Sequence record: MH791414.1
Direction: 5' to 3' (one strand)
Length of the DNA stretch: 64,000 bases
Made by a program: the position numbers and the translations under genes. How positions within the stretch are numbered: the stretch's first letter is position 1; every line of letters starts with the position of its first letter. The notes under the pieces are model-generated. The model searched no databases and had not been told where the DNA came from. It saw only the letters and a program-made list of their open reading frames with translations. This document shows, piece after piece, positions 46,296 to 55,558 of the stretch.

Positions 46296-47800
46296 AGTAT
46301 TACCTCTCTAATTGTATATTCAAATTTTTCTGAATTGTATTTCTCAATACGAAGTAGACCATGTTTATATAAATAGTTTTTATGACTATATTTAACTGAA
46401 CCCGGTTTACTCGTTTTTGATTCTATACAAAGATTATCTATAATGTCCCACAGATACGCCATATCTTTAGAACCATGTTTACGTAAAACACGACCGATTG
46501 ATTGCAACACAAGGGTTTTTGCCTTAATACCGGCTGCAAAAATAACGTGGTGTAGTTTCTTAATAGAAATACCAGTAGAGAAAACACCTAAACTCGCAAC
46601 GATAATAACACCATCCCCAGCCTCTGCAATTTTCTTCAATTCGTCTCGTTCATCAACTTTCGTACCACCATTCGCAAAATAAACTTTATCGTGTTTTTTC
46701 TTTAAAGCTTCGTAGAGCAATTTACCATGGTTAGTATGTCTAAAGAGTACAAGCGTATTTTCTTTCTTCTCTTTAGCTAGTTTCAGAGCTAGTTTACAAA
46801 TAACCGCATTTCTTCTGGTGTGCTGTTCTACGTAATCAATTTCTTGTTTATATTCTATACCCTTAACTAAAATACAATCCTCTTTTGGATATCTTAGCAT
46901 AAGGCTATTTATTTTTAAGTCCGTTACTTGACCTTCTTCCATTAATTGGACGGTGGAGACTGGTTTAAAAACTTCCCCAAACAATCCGACATAAGACATG
47001 ATGTGACTCTTTCCATCTTTAAGCGAACCACTCATACCGAACTTATAAGGGCATTCTGATAGATTGGTGACGATACTTTTGATCTCAGTCCCCAAGTTGT
47101 GACATTCGTCGATTATCAGACAACCAAATTGTTTAAACCAATGTATAGGCTGTTTGGACGCACTTTGCCAAGTAGATACATAGATTGGGGAATCTGAATC
47201 TTTGGACCTCCCAGACATAATACCGTGGCTATATTTTGGATGCATGAAGCCATAATCTTTAAAATCATCTATCATCTGATTTACAAGACCGGTAGTTGGG
47301 ACTATTAAAAGAACCTTCCCGCTATAATTGGTGATATACCAATAACAAATCAACGCCGCAATTAATGATTTACCTGCCGATGTTGGAAGGTTTAAAATAC
47401 CACGGTTATGTGTGATCGCATAATAAACTGCATCTGCCTGATACCAATGGGCAGTAATTTTTTCCCCATTGCTAAGGATCTCTATTTCACTAAGCCATTT
47501 GTCGAAATCTTCTCTCGATGGGAAATGTACATCAGGAGTAAAATCTTCATCTTTCTCGAACTCGTAATCATTCTTTATACAATATTTTTCTAGATGATTG
47601 ACTAGTCCATAAGGGAACTTCCCATCTGGTTGTAAAAGACGGATCCTACCATCCCACCCACTATATCTATATTTTGGGTTAAATTTGGCCCCGTTATCAG
47701 TTTCAAAAGAATAGTATTCTCTAAGCTCTCTAAAAATGTCCTGTTCTGTATCAATCACCGCATGACTATAGTCGTAAAATTTCGCTTTAACTTTCATCAT
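46292..47800 (-). CDS. uvsW: RNA-DNA/DNA-DNA helicase UvsW
   Basis: PTSAGKS, DECH, SGS and QSIGRVLR motifs; late promoter at 47835..47841. Confidence 0.96.
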   Translation of the reverse strand: MMKVKAKFYDYSHAVIDTEQDIFRELREYYSFETDNGAKFNPKYRYSGWDGRIRLLQPDGKFPYGLVNHLEKYCIKNDYEFEKDEDFTPDVHFPSREDFDKWLSEIEILSNGEKITAHWYQADAVYYAITHNRGILNLPTSAGKSLIAALICYWYITNYSGKVLLIVPTTGLVNQMIDDFKDYGFMHPKYSHGIMSGRSKDSDSPIYVSTWQSASKQPIHWFKQFGCLIIDECHNLGTEIKSIVTNLSECPYKFGMSGSLKDGKSHIMSYVGLFGEVFKPVSTVQLMEEGQVTDLKINSLMLRYPKEDCILVKGIEYKQEIDYVEQHTRRNAVICKLALKLAKEKKENTLVLFRHTNHGKLLYEALKKKHDKVYFANGGTKVDERDELKKIAEAGDGVIIVASLGVFSTGISIKKLHHVIFAAGIKAKTLVLQSIGRVLRKHGSKDMAYLWDIIDNLCIESKTSKPGSVKYSHKNYLYKHGLLRIEKYNSEKFEYTIREVIL

Positions 47801-47898
47801 ATTCTCACTGTGTTTAAAATTTGTCATATATGATTATTTAGGGAACTCTAAATAAATTGGAGGGGATGCATTTTCCCTCTTGTGTAGGGAGAATAAAA

Positions 47899-48267
47899 AT
47901 GCTTATTAATAGCAAGTTATTTAAAGACACTCTACCAGTCATAACGGTTATTATAGGTATTTGGGTTTCAATATTCTCATACAATGAGTTTATTGCTGAC
48001 ACAAGACAGATTGCACTAAAAGAAGAGATAACATCCCACATGGATAGATCTATAGACACATTACGGACAGAGATTAAGTCGCTACCAAATAAGGAGTCTG
48101 TAGAAACTGCACAATTGAGGGCTATGTTATACAGTAAGGATCTAATCGACGAGGTTAATAGGGGGAACCGAGAAGAATTATCTAGACTGGAAAAACGTAT
48201 CAATGATATGGAAAGTGCAAAAAATGATATACCAAAAAATCGTAAGTATAAAAGCGAGGAAGGTTGA
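47899..48267 (+). CDS. single-TM protein with helical C-terminus, late promoter upstream
   Basis: TLPVITVIIGIWVSIFSY hydrophobic segment; CTAAATA at 47848..47854; GGGAG SD. Confidence 0.65.
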   Translation: MLINSKLFKDTLPVITVIIGIWVSIFSYNEFIADTRQIALKEEITSHMDRSIDTLRTEIKSLPNKESVETAQLRAMLYSKDLIDEVNRGNREELSRLEKRINDMESAKNDIPKNRKYKSEEG

Positions 48268-48325
48268 GTTGTCTATGTGGGGTCATGGTGCGAATTTTGC
48301 TCATGACCTTTTTTTTGAAAAACCG

Positions 48326-48354
48326 ATTGACACGGCCAGAGAACTTGGTAATAT
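48326..48354 (+). promoter_or_regulatory. sigma70-type early promoter heading the accessory islet
   Basis: TTGACA...TGGTAATAT. Confidence 0.6.
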
Positions 48355-48386
48355 AGCTCTCGTAGAAACAAAACAGAGAAACAAAA

Positions 48387-48869
48387 ATGATGAAAGAAGC
48401 ACAAAGACTGATGTTTGACATGGATGGGGTACAAGCCGACTGGTGTATGGCGTTTGACCTTCGGTTTGGTGCTGGTGCTTCTGAACAGTTTGACCTTCTT
48501 GAGAAAGAAGACAAGGACAATATCAAAACCGAGCTGGCAAATGGTGATTTCTATCGACGTTTACCAGTTATGGAAAAGGGTGTTTCTCTGGTCATTGAAA
48601 TGGTTCGTCGTGGTCGTGATGTTTCTATTTTGACTAGCGTTGGTCGTCAAAACCCAGAAAATGTAGTGCGTCAGAAAAAAGCTTGGATCTCTGATGTTTA
48701 CCCAGCTGATGTTGCTAAGGTTCTCCTCGAAAACTTCTTCTTTACTCTGTGTAGTGAGGATAAAGCGGCCTTTGCGAGACCGGATATCTGTCTGATTGAT
48801 GACCGTGAAAAGAGCCGCAAACCATTCATCGCTGCGGGCGGTATGGCCATCGATATCGGGGATCTCTGA
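48387..48869 (+). CDS. HAD-family 5'(3')-deoxyribonucleotidase-like protein
   Basis: FDMDGVQADW, ILTS and LIDDR motifs. Confidence 0.8.
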   Translation: MMKEAQRLMFDMDGVQADWCMAFDLRFGAGASEQFDLLEKEDKDNIKTELANGDFYRRLPVMEKGVSLVIEMVRRGRDVSILTSVGRQNPENVVRQKKAWISDVYPADVAKVLLENFFFTLCSEDKAAFARPDICLIDDREKSRKPFIAAGGMAIDIGDL

Positions 48870-49090
48870 TGGAAAATTTATTGTTGACAGTGAATATGAT
48901 ATCTGCTTCAATTGGTTTCATGGCAATATTGATTTTTGGAGACCATTTTTCTGAAAGACCTAATGTCCACCGAGGAATTTTGTTGGTGGTAAGTATTACC
49001 GTTTTCTTTGGGTATCTATGGTATGACATTTCATTCTATTATCCAGTAGGAATGTGTTTTTATTCTTTAATCTTAAAACTGAGGAATTAA
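48869..49090 (+). CDS. small membrane protein
   Basis: two to three hydrophobic stretches; coupled to the upstream stop. Confidence 0.65.
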   Translation: MENLLLTVNMISASIGFMAILIFGDHFSERPNVHRGILLVVSITVFFGYLWYDISFYYPVGMCFYSLILKLRN

Positions 49091-49092
49091 TT

Positions 49093-49401
49093 ATGGAAAT
49101 GTTTTTGAAAACTGCATTGTTTGGTGTTGTGGTTTTTTCTTTGGGGTGGTTGATTGATTGGTATTTTCATGGTCGAACCCAACCAGAAGAGAAAACTAAA
49201 AAAATTGTGTTGTCAAACACAGACAATCAGCGTAAAATGAAAAACGAATATAATAAACAAGTTCTGGTGCACAAAAAGCAGGAAAGCCAGAACAAGACAC
49301 ATAGTCGTGTTCTGCACACGGAGATTAAAGAAACTCCAAAAATCCATCCAGTAATGGCAAACTTTTTAAACAAACTTTATCAAGAAGGTAAAAATAAATG
49401 A
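49093..49401 (+). CDS. N-terminal TM protein with basic tail
   Basis: GAGGA SD; hydrophobic N-terminus. Confidence 0.65.
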   Translation: MEMFLKTALFGVVVFSLGWLIDWYFHGRTQPEEKTKKIVLSNTDNQRKMKNEYNKQVLVHKKQESQNKTHSRVLHTEIKETPKIHPVMANFLNKLYQEGKNK

Positions 49402-49733
49402 GCGTAGGAATTCGCCCGGAATATCCAAACATTGTGTTTTTTAAAAATTCAGATGGAACATTCTCTAATCAATTTGCTTGGCGAAACGATAAAGGTCGAG
49501 ATGCAGAAGCACTCCCGATAAAAATCAAGTCTTATGAAGATCTGGAAGAACAGTGTCGTATTGTTAACGAAGGTCTAAAATATTTTGTGTGTTCTTCATG
49601 TGGGGTCGCACAAGATGAAGATCAATTTGCAGGCTTTGTATTTGCTACAAAATATTGCAGTGGTTGTAAAAACACCAAAAAACAAGTTGCAAGTGCCATC
49701 AAAGAAAGCAAACAACCCGGTTTTTATAGTTAA
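49398..49733 (+). CDS. zinc-finger hypothetical protein
   Basis: CSSC...CSGC. Confidence 0.7.
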   Translation: MSVGIRPEYPNIVFFKNSDGTFSNQFAWRNDKGRDAEALPIKIKSYEDLEEQCRIVNEGLKYFVCSSCGVAQDEDQFAGFVFATKYCSGCKNTKKQVASAIKESKQPGFYS

Positions 49734-49745
49734 GGAGAAATAAAA

Positions 49746-50747
49746 ATGATTTTTGTAAAATATAATTCGCTTGAGAACCATTATCGTCAAAACGTGATTG
49801 ATTCATTTGTACAGTCTGGATATACATCACCCGGCGTAGAATGGATTGCAATGGAGAAGATCCACGGTACAAACTTTCAAATTGCTGTAGATGATAATTA
49901 TGTACAGGCTGGGCGACGGACCGACCTTCTGGGAGATTTCGACCAGTTTTATGAAGCGGACCTGATTGTTAAGAAATATCACGATAATGCTCGGAATGTT
50001 TACAATTTTGTAAAATATCATTATCCAGCCGCCACACAGATTACAATTTTTGGTGAGTATGCAGGTAACCTGACTACTGGTAAGATGATCCAAAAAGAAG
50101 TAGAGTATGGTGAACAAGATTTTTACGTGTTTGATGTTTTCGTCTTCTCAGGTGATGAAGGGATGTATCTTTCCCATGATTTTGTTATGATGGCGATTGA
50201 TGGTAACTTTAAACATGCACCAATTATCTATCGAGGTGATTTTGAAGGTGTCACAAAACTCCCGAACGACTTCCAATCCGTTGTTATCCCAAGTAACAAA
50301 GCCGGGAAATTTGGTCTGGTTCAAGGGACCGATAACACCGCAGAGGGTTTTGTTGCTAAAACTGTAGAACCGCACTACACCCGCCATGGTCGGACTATTT
50401 TCAAATCGAAAAACTCTAAGTTTACGGAGAAAGAGAAATCCGATAAGCCGGTAAAGGTAAAAGAACCTCTCGGGGAATCCGACCTTGCAATGGTACATGA
50501 GATTGCAGAATACATCACGGTAAACCGACTCAAAAACGTACTCAGTAAGATTGGTATCCCAACCACTAAAGAGTTTGGTAAAGTTTCCGGTAACCTTTCT
50601 AAGGATGCAATTGAGGACTTTACAAAGGATACAGAAAAGAGTCTTCGTGATGCGGAACGCCCGTCTGATGTGGGTAAAGCAGTGAACAACCTTTCCGGGG
50701 AACTGGTTCGGGAACACTGGATGAACATTCTTGATGGAAATTTCTAA
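49746..50747 (+). CDS. rnlB: RNA ligase 2
   Basis: YNSLENHY, EKIHGTNF, IFGEYAG, FDV, EGFV and KSKN motifs. Confidence 0.93.
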   Translation: MIFVKYNSLENHYRQNVIDSFVQSGYTSPGVEWIAMEKIHGTNFQIAVDDNYVQAGRRTDLLGDFDQFYEADLIVKKYHDNARNVYNFVKYHYPAATQITIFGEYAGNLTTGKMIQKEVEYGEQDFYVFDVFVFSGDEGMYLSHDFVMMAIDGNFKHAPIIYRGDFEGVTKLPNDFQSVVIPSNKAGKFGLVQGTDNTAEGFVAKTVEPHYTRHGRTIFKSKNSKFTEKEKSDKPVKVKEPLGESDLAMVHEIAEYITVNRLKNVLSKIGIPTTKEFGKVSGNLSKDAIEDFTKDTEKSLRDAERPSDVGKAVNNLSGELVREHWMNILDGNF

Positions 50748-50757
50748 AAAATAAATG

Positions 50758-50800
50758 AAAAGGGCTTGCTATCCGGTAAGCCCTTTTGATACTATATCCA
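50758..50800 (+). promoter_or_regulatory. terminator hairpin overlapping a promoter
   Basis: aagggctt...aagcccttt with TTGCTA...TGATACTAT. Confidence 0.55.
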
Positions 50801-50830
50801 TATCGAAACAAGAGACAAAAGGAAAGGTAT

Positions 50831-51472
50831 ATGGACCACGTAAAATTCAACGAGATCATGGAAAATGTAGTTGGTATGGTTGAATCCGGGTTTGTTTCCA
50901 AGGCCGGTCAGAAACGAGCACTCAACGAATGTACCAATATGATGAATATGGTACGTGCTGAGTTCTCTTCCTTTTATCTCGACTCCATCAGCTTCGAAGA
51001 ACGCAATATGAATCTTCCAGAGCATTCCGCAGCGGTTGACCTTTATTATGCACAACCAAACACAGCAACTTTCGGTAAGTACCTGAAGAAAGCAGAAAGC
51101 GCAATGCCTTGGATGGATAAGACCCTGTGTAACGAGCTGATATCTTTGGGCGAACAAGTTGTGGCAGTTATCGAGACCGTCAAGTCTGCTGAAATCAACG
51201 TTCCGGCTCCGAAGGTAAACGAAAAAGAAGTCGCCATCAAAGAAAGTATCATGGATATCATGAAACGTCGTGGTGAACAGTACAACCGCTGTCTGCACCT
51301 TGATGAAGTTTTCGGATCCATGTGTGTGACTGCCAATGTTCACATCGTTCACGGTCACAAAGGTACGGTCTTCCTTCGCGCCTTCTACTACGTTCTTGGT
51401 CGTCTGACCCCCCTGAGTGTGATTATCGCAGCCATGGAAGAAAGCGCCCGCCGTGAAAAGGCAAACGGATGA
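50831..51472 (+). CDS. hypothetical protein (213 aa) with highly-expressed-type codon usage
   Basis: AAGG SD; ANVHIV...GTVFLRAFYY...LTPL C-terminal motif. Confidence 0.75.
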   Translation: MDHVKFNEIMENVVGMVESGFVSKAGQKRALNECTNMMNMVRAEFSSFYLDSISFEERNMNLPEHSAAVDLYYAQPNTATFGKYLKKAESAMPWMDKTLCNELISLGEQVVAVIETVKSAEINVPAPKVNEKEVAIKESIMDIMKRRGEQYNRCLHLDEVFGSMCVTANVHIVHGHKGTVFLRAFYYVLGRLTPLSVIIAAMEESARREKANG

Positions 51473-51732
51473 TGAATAAGAAAGCTCATGAGTTAATGGT
51501 GGGCCTGCTAAATGCGGGCCTTGATTGTAAGTTGATATCGTCATCAACCAGTACATATATTAATGTAGAGGGTCACATGGTTAGAATATCTGATCATCGG
51601 GGCCATTCTAAATTTAAAGGTACACAAATCAGAAAAGATAGTGGATACCAGAAAACAAAATATGGTATGATATTTGGATATGGAGAAATTCCTATGGCGA
51701 TTAAACATATTAAGAAATGCCTAAATAAGTAA
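51469..51732 (+). CDS. basic hypothetical protein
   Basis: ATGA overlap; STYI...VRISDH motif. Confidence 0.7.
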   Translation: MMNKKAHELMVGLLNAGLDCKLISSSTSTYINVEGHMVRISDHRGHSKFKGTQIRKDSGYQKTKYGMIFGYGEIPMAIKHIKKCLNK

Positions 51733-51754
51733 TATTGTTGTAGAGGAAAATCTA

Positions 51755-52528
51755 ATGGCTAAAAAAGAAGAACTAAAGGAATTTGACCTTGGTGTAATCA
51801 ATGAGATTGTGGAATCTAATACCGCACCAGAAGCAAAGGCTAAAATCCAAACCTATGCAAAAGAGTGTGGGTTTAAGATCAGTAAATCAAATATTTCAGT
51901 TGACGATATGATCCAAAAATTGCTTGAAATGGCTGACGAAAAAGAAAACGAGAAGCTGAATGCAAGCCCTATGGACAAAGTACCAACTCCAAAGGTCGAT
52001 GTGGAATATAAACCGTCAGAGACAAAGGTTGAGGTTCCAGTTGAACCAATGGAACCAATCGGTTATAATCCCCCAGAGGTTGAGTTTGAAAAACTTACTG
52101 AAGCGATTCAGAAAGAAGAGTTGTATATTAAAGAAAAACTATCTATGGATGGTGTTGGTATTCCCACGGCAGATGAGCTTATAAAGACTTCTGGTGAACT
52201 GTACACACCATCAGTACCAGAGGATGGGAAATCTGTAGAAGTCGCTAAAACCGCAGCCAGTGAGCCGGAGAAAGTCGATCTTGATTGGATGACTGGGTTT
52301 ACTCCAAAAACTTCTTTGATTGGCGTAACCGGGAAACAGTATATGAACTGTCCATATTGGATTCTTGATTGGATTCTTGAAACAGGACCCACTTGGAAAT
52401 CAAAGATTTCTGAAAATCCACGTGTATCGGACCATGCAATGTTGAAGACTGTTCTTTATTACATTGTAATTAACGGTTCTGTTACCGTGCGAGAAAGTCG
52501 GAATTCCCAGTATCATACACTTTATTAA
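51755..52528 (+). CDS. inh: inhibitor of prohead protease
   Basis: C-terminal YMNCPYWILDWI...TVLYYI...GSVTVRESRNSQY; late promoter at 51721..51727. Confidence 0.88.
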   Translation: MAKKEELKEFDLGVINEIVESNTAPEAKAKIQTYAKECGFKISKSNISVDDMIQKLLEMADEKENEKLNASPMDKVPTPKVDVEYKPSETKVEVPVEPMEPIGYNPPEVEFEKLTEAIQKEELYIKEKLSMDGVGIPTADELIKTSGELYTPSVPEDGKSVEVAKTAASEPEKVDLDWMTGFTPKTSLIGVTGKQYMNCPYWILDWILETGPTWKSKISENPRVSDHAMLKTVLYYIVINGSVTVRESRNSQYHTLY

Positions 52529-52533
52529 AATTA

Positions 52534-52558
52534 AGCCATCCTACTGGGTGGCTTTTTT
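52534..52558 (+). terminator. intrinsic terminator
   Basis: aagccatcc-tact-gggtggctttttt. Confidence 0.75.
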
Positions 52559-52611
52559 GATCCCTAAATATAGAATGGTCTATTTTGGCCTGTATTTAGA
52601 AGGATTAATAA

Positions 52612-52815
52612 ATGTATAGATTCACACAAGCAAATCATGATACCTTTTTATTGACTGGTTATGAAGGGGATTATGACAAGGTAATAAGTCGGATCGACTT
52701 ACATTTAGAAGAGATGTTAACTCCCTATTTCAGGGATGGATTTAAGGTGGTTGTATTTTGTTCTAGTGCGGATAAGTTTATTTTATTAGAAAAGAACAAA
52801 ACTAGTGTTTTTTAA
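52612..52815 (+). CDS. hypothetical protein with late promoter
   Basis: CCCTAAATA at 52562..52570; AAGGA SD. Confidence 0.65.
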   Translation: MYRFTQANHDTFLLTGYEGDYDKVISRIDLHLEEMLTPYFRDGFKVVVFCSSADKFILLEKNKTSVF

Positions 52816-52842
52816 ATTATAACATGGTAGAATGATATTCTT

Positions 52843-52882
52843 AATCAAAATTGGATGGATACTTTTTCATCCAATTTTGATT
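52843..52882. repeat. perfect 15-bp inverted repeat
   Basis: aatcaaaattggatg N10 catccaattttgatt. Confidence 0.9.
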
Positions 52883-52899
52883 AGTTTTTGATCAAAATA

Positions 52900-53006
52900 T
52901 TAGTTTCAATTGCAATCAAACTATAGATTCTCTATAAGTATTTATATAGAAGATCTATAATTAGAACGAACGAAGTGAGTCGCCGGAGGCGGTTCGCTAC
53001 GCTCAC
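52900..53006. repeat. intergenic element copy B: module Y (52900..52962) then module X (52966..53006)
   Basis: see copy A at 30257..30364; module order is swapped. Confidence 0.95.
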
Positions 53007-53043
53007 TATTAATTTATGTATTTAGATGTGTTAGAATGACTGT

Positions 53044-53610
53044 ATGAAAAGACGAATCGTAACTCTAATAGGTACTAGATACCCACAAAAAGAATATCAA
53101 GACCTAATGGTGCGCATCGGAAAGGCGTTTTCTGAAAAAGGATATGGTGCTCGTTCTGGTGGTGCTATTGGTTCTGATACTCTATTTTTACAAGAATATG
53201 ATCCTAAGCTAACTATCATTTATAGACCCGATGATAGACCCGGATGTGTGAATGTAAAGAATCATGAAAATTATTATGAATTTGAACTTATTGCCTCACG
53301 TGTTCATTGTTTAGGTTCTGGTGTTGGATGGGAATTTATGCCTATAGGACATCAAGAACTTCACGCAAGAAATGTACCCCAAGTAATGGGTCTGAATCTA
53401 AAAACGTATTCAGATCTTGTGGTGTTCTGTGCCGATGAAAATCATCGTGGTACGGTTTCTGGTGGAACAGCAACCGCTGTTAAAATAGCCCGGTCCTTAA
53501 ATATTCCAACTATCAATATTATGAATGACGAGCAAAGAAAGAAGCTTTGTCAATGGCTAAAAATAGAAGATATACCGAAATATGAAAAGGTGGACATTTT
53601 CAACCTCTAA
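53044..53610 (+). CDS. SLOG-superfamily (DprA/Smf/YpsA-like) nucleotide-binding protein
   Basis: LIGTR, RSGGAIGSD, HARN, DLVV and SGGTATAVKIA motifs. Confidence 0.8.
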   Translation: MKRRIVTLIGTRYPQKEYQDLMVRIGKAFSEKGYGARSGGAIGSDTLFLQEYDPKLTIIYRPDDRPGCVNVKNHENYYEFELIASRVHCLGSGVGWEFMPIGHQELHARNVPQVMGLNLKTYSDLVVFCADENHRGTVSGGTATAVKIARSLNIPTINIMNDEQRKKLCQWLKIEDIPKYEKVDIFNL

Positions 53611-53649
53611 ATATTATTGTGGAATAGAACAATAAAAATAGAGGTTTGA

Positions 53650-53994
53650 ATGAAAAACTCACCACGGAAAATAGCTCACAAAGCCCATGATGCAATTCGA
53701 CGTTTTAATTTGGTTCTTGGAGATACCGATACTTTATGGAAAGATGAGCCAGAACGTGTTAAACGTGTTTGGTCTAAACATGTTTCTTATATAATTGACC
53801 ATCCTGATTCTGACGCAAGAACAGTTCACGATCTATGGAGGACATATAAACATAAAGAAGGGTGGATCTTCGGGGAAGAAAAATCATCAGAGGATAAGAC
53901 ACACCCATGTCTTACAACATATGACGACCTTCACGAAATTGAAAAGATGAAGTATTACATTTTCATGGAAACTATAAAAGAGCATAATAAATAA
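53650..53994 (+). CDS. RyR (ryanodine receptor repeat) domain protein
   Basis: HDLW...KEGWIFG...KTHPCLTTYDDL...EK motif. Confidence 0.8.
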   Translation: MKNSPRKIAHKAHDAIRRFNLVLGDTDTLWKDEPERVKRVWSKHVSYIIDHPDSDARTVHDLWRTYKHKEGWIFGEEKSSEDKTHPCLTTYDDLHEIEKMKYYIFMETIKEHNK

Positions 53995-54025
53995 AAAAGC
54001 CCCGACCAAAATCGGGGCTTTTTCT
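53994..54025. terminator. bidirectional terminator
   Basis: aaaaagccccga-ccaaaa-tcggggcttttt. Confidence 0.85.
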
Positions 54026-54237
54026 TATTTCATAAGAGCTTTTATAAATCGCTCTTGATCGCTTTTAGGGATTGAGTTTAAATACTCTTTAGTTCTTGAT
54101 AACTCAGAGTCAAAACGAAATTTATTATCCTTAACTTTTTGTTCAAAGATCCGCTTCTGTGTTTCGTCTGGACTGGAATTAATAAGTTCTGCACATAGTT
54201 TAGTTAAATCACTATCCCATACTGTCATACCTGTCAT
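54025..54237 (-). CDS. hypothetical protein coupled to 24
   Basis: ATGA overlap with the gp24 stop. Confidence 0.6.
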   Translation of the reverse strand: MTGMTVWDSDLTKLCAELINSSPDETQKRIFEQKVKDNKFRFDSELSRTKEYLNSIPKSDQERFIKALMK

Positions 54238-55466
54238 TGTTGATAATCCTGCATTTCTACAATACACATCCGGGCCAGCTGAGATTTATTCGCAGCACCC
54301 ACCCAATCTTCACCATCATAAACTTTTGCTGGGTCCGCATCGATTTTTGTAAAATCTGGGGAGCAGCTAAGAGCGTATCGGTTGATGATCCCGATCACAG
54401 GTTGTAATGCTTGTGGGTCAGACGCAACCATAAACGTCCCTGCTTCGTCTTCTTCGATATATGGACTGTAATATACAGCAGACACTGTATCCATTCCTTC
54501 AAACTGTTTCTTAACACCAACCAACATATAATGAACTGGGGTTTTTGTATCAACTACCAATTGCATTTTTGTACCGATAATTCGGTGTTCGTTGTCAACG
54601 AGTCCAGAGGTCTGTATCAACGCTGCAACGTGCGCACTAGCTAACAGATAGGTTGGCTTAAAGGATGTGTCCAGAGTGATTTGAGCGCCCATACGACACG
54701 CTCTAGCAACCAGATCCCGACCGGCAAAGTATTCTGTAGTAGCTACGTTGTAGGGAACCGCTTTCTTTTCTTTAGTTGCAACTGTTACCAGCTTCATGAT
54801 GATATCGCTGTTAATTTCTTCCGCAATAGCAACAGATAAAAGATCCTCAACAGCAGCATCCCCATCCATATTCATACCGGCTAGGTCTTGAAGCATTTCT
54901 ACTGTAATTTCAGTTCTCAGTTTACGACTTCTAACATGAGCTTTCCATTTATTCATAACATAACGAATATCTTGGATCTCTGTGTCTTCTTGGGTATAAG
55001 GTTGAATTGCATCAACAACAAGACGCAGATCCCCAGTAAATACCTTTTCGTAAGTTTGTTCGAATGTCAATGTACCGAAATCACCAGCTTTAAGAACTTG
55101 GAATACATAACCGTCTTTTCTGAAATAATCCCCTACAGCCATACCGTCAGCAGGATCGCCAACTTGAGTAGCCATATTAAAATTACCACCATAATTACGG
55201 TTGTCAAGGTTAATATCTCTAATTTGAGAACCGTCTTTACTTACATATTCATATCTAACACCAAAAACGTTAGCTACTGGGTCACGTGTAGGTTGAACGC
55301 CCGCCAACTCATCGTAAATCTTGTTAAAGGTTTTTCTTGTTAGAGATACAAGAGAAGGGCGACCAGATACAATATCATCACTTCCAGATTCCGTAATTAG
55401 GTTTCCAGACATACGAGATTCTTTAATAAGATCCTGTATCTTTTTAGAATATATTTTGTTATTCAT
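54234..55466 (-). CDS. 24: capsid vertex protein gp24
   Basis: GRPSLVSL, QPTRDP...FGVRY and SRKLRTEITVE; late promoter at 55495..55501. Confidence 0.92.
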   Translation of the reverse strand: MNNKIYSKKIQDLIKESRMSGNLITESGSDDIVSGRPSLVSLTRKTFNKIYDELAGVQPTRDPVANVFGVRYEYVSKDGSQIRDINLDNRNYGGNFNMATQVGDPADGMAVGDYFRKDGYVFQVLKAGDFGTLTFEQTYEKVFTGDLRLVVDAIQPYTQEDTEIQDIRYVMNKWKAHVRSRKLRTEITVEMLQDLAGMNMDGDAAVEDLLSVAIAEEINSDIIMKLVTVATKEKKAVPYNVATTEYFAGRDLVARACRMGAQITLDTSFKPTYLLASAHVAALIQTSGLVDNEHRIIGTKMQLVVDTKTPVHYMLVGVKKQFEGMDTVSAVYYSPYIEEDEAGTFMVASDPQALQPVIGIINRYALSCSPDFTKIDADPAKVYDGEDWVGAANKSQLARMCIVEMQDYQQ

Positions 55467-55509
55467 TTTGATTTGTTCCTTGAATAGTTTATTTTATTTA
55501 GGCCAAACG

Positions 55510-55545
55510 AAAAAGGGGACTGCATATAGCAGTCCCCTTTTTTAA
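55510..55545 (-). terminator. terminator after 23
   Basis: aaaaaggggact...agtccccttttt. Confidence 0.8.
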
Positions 55546-55558
55546 AGGATTTACCTTA

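Noticed and set aside
50792-51556. 254-aa minus-strand ORF
   Set aside because: Mirror of the plus-strand gene that has the promoter and SD
30257-53006. CRISPR-like or tRNA interpretation of module X
   Set aside because: Only two copies 22.6 kb apart, with no spacers; 41 bp with no cloverleaf, T-loop or CCA
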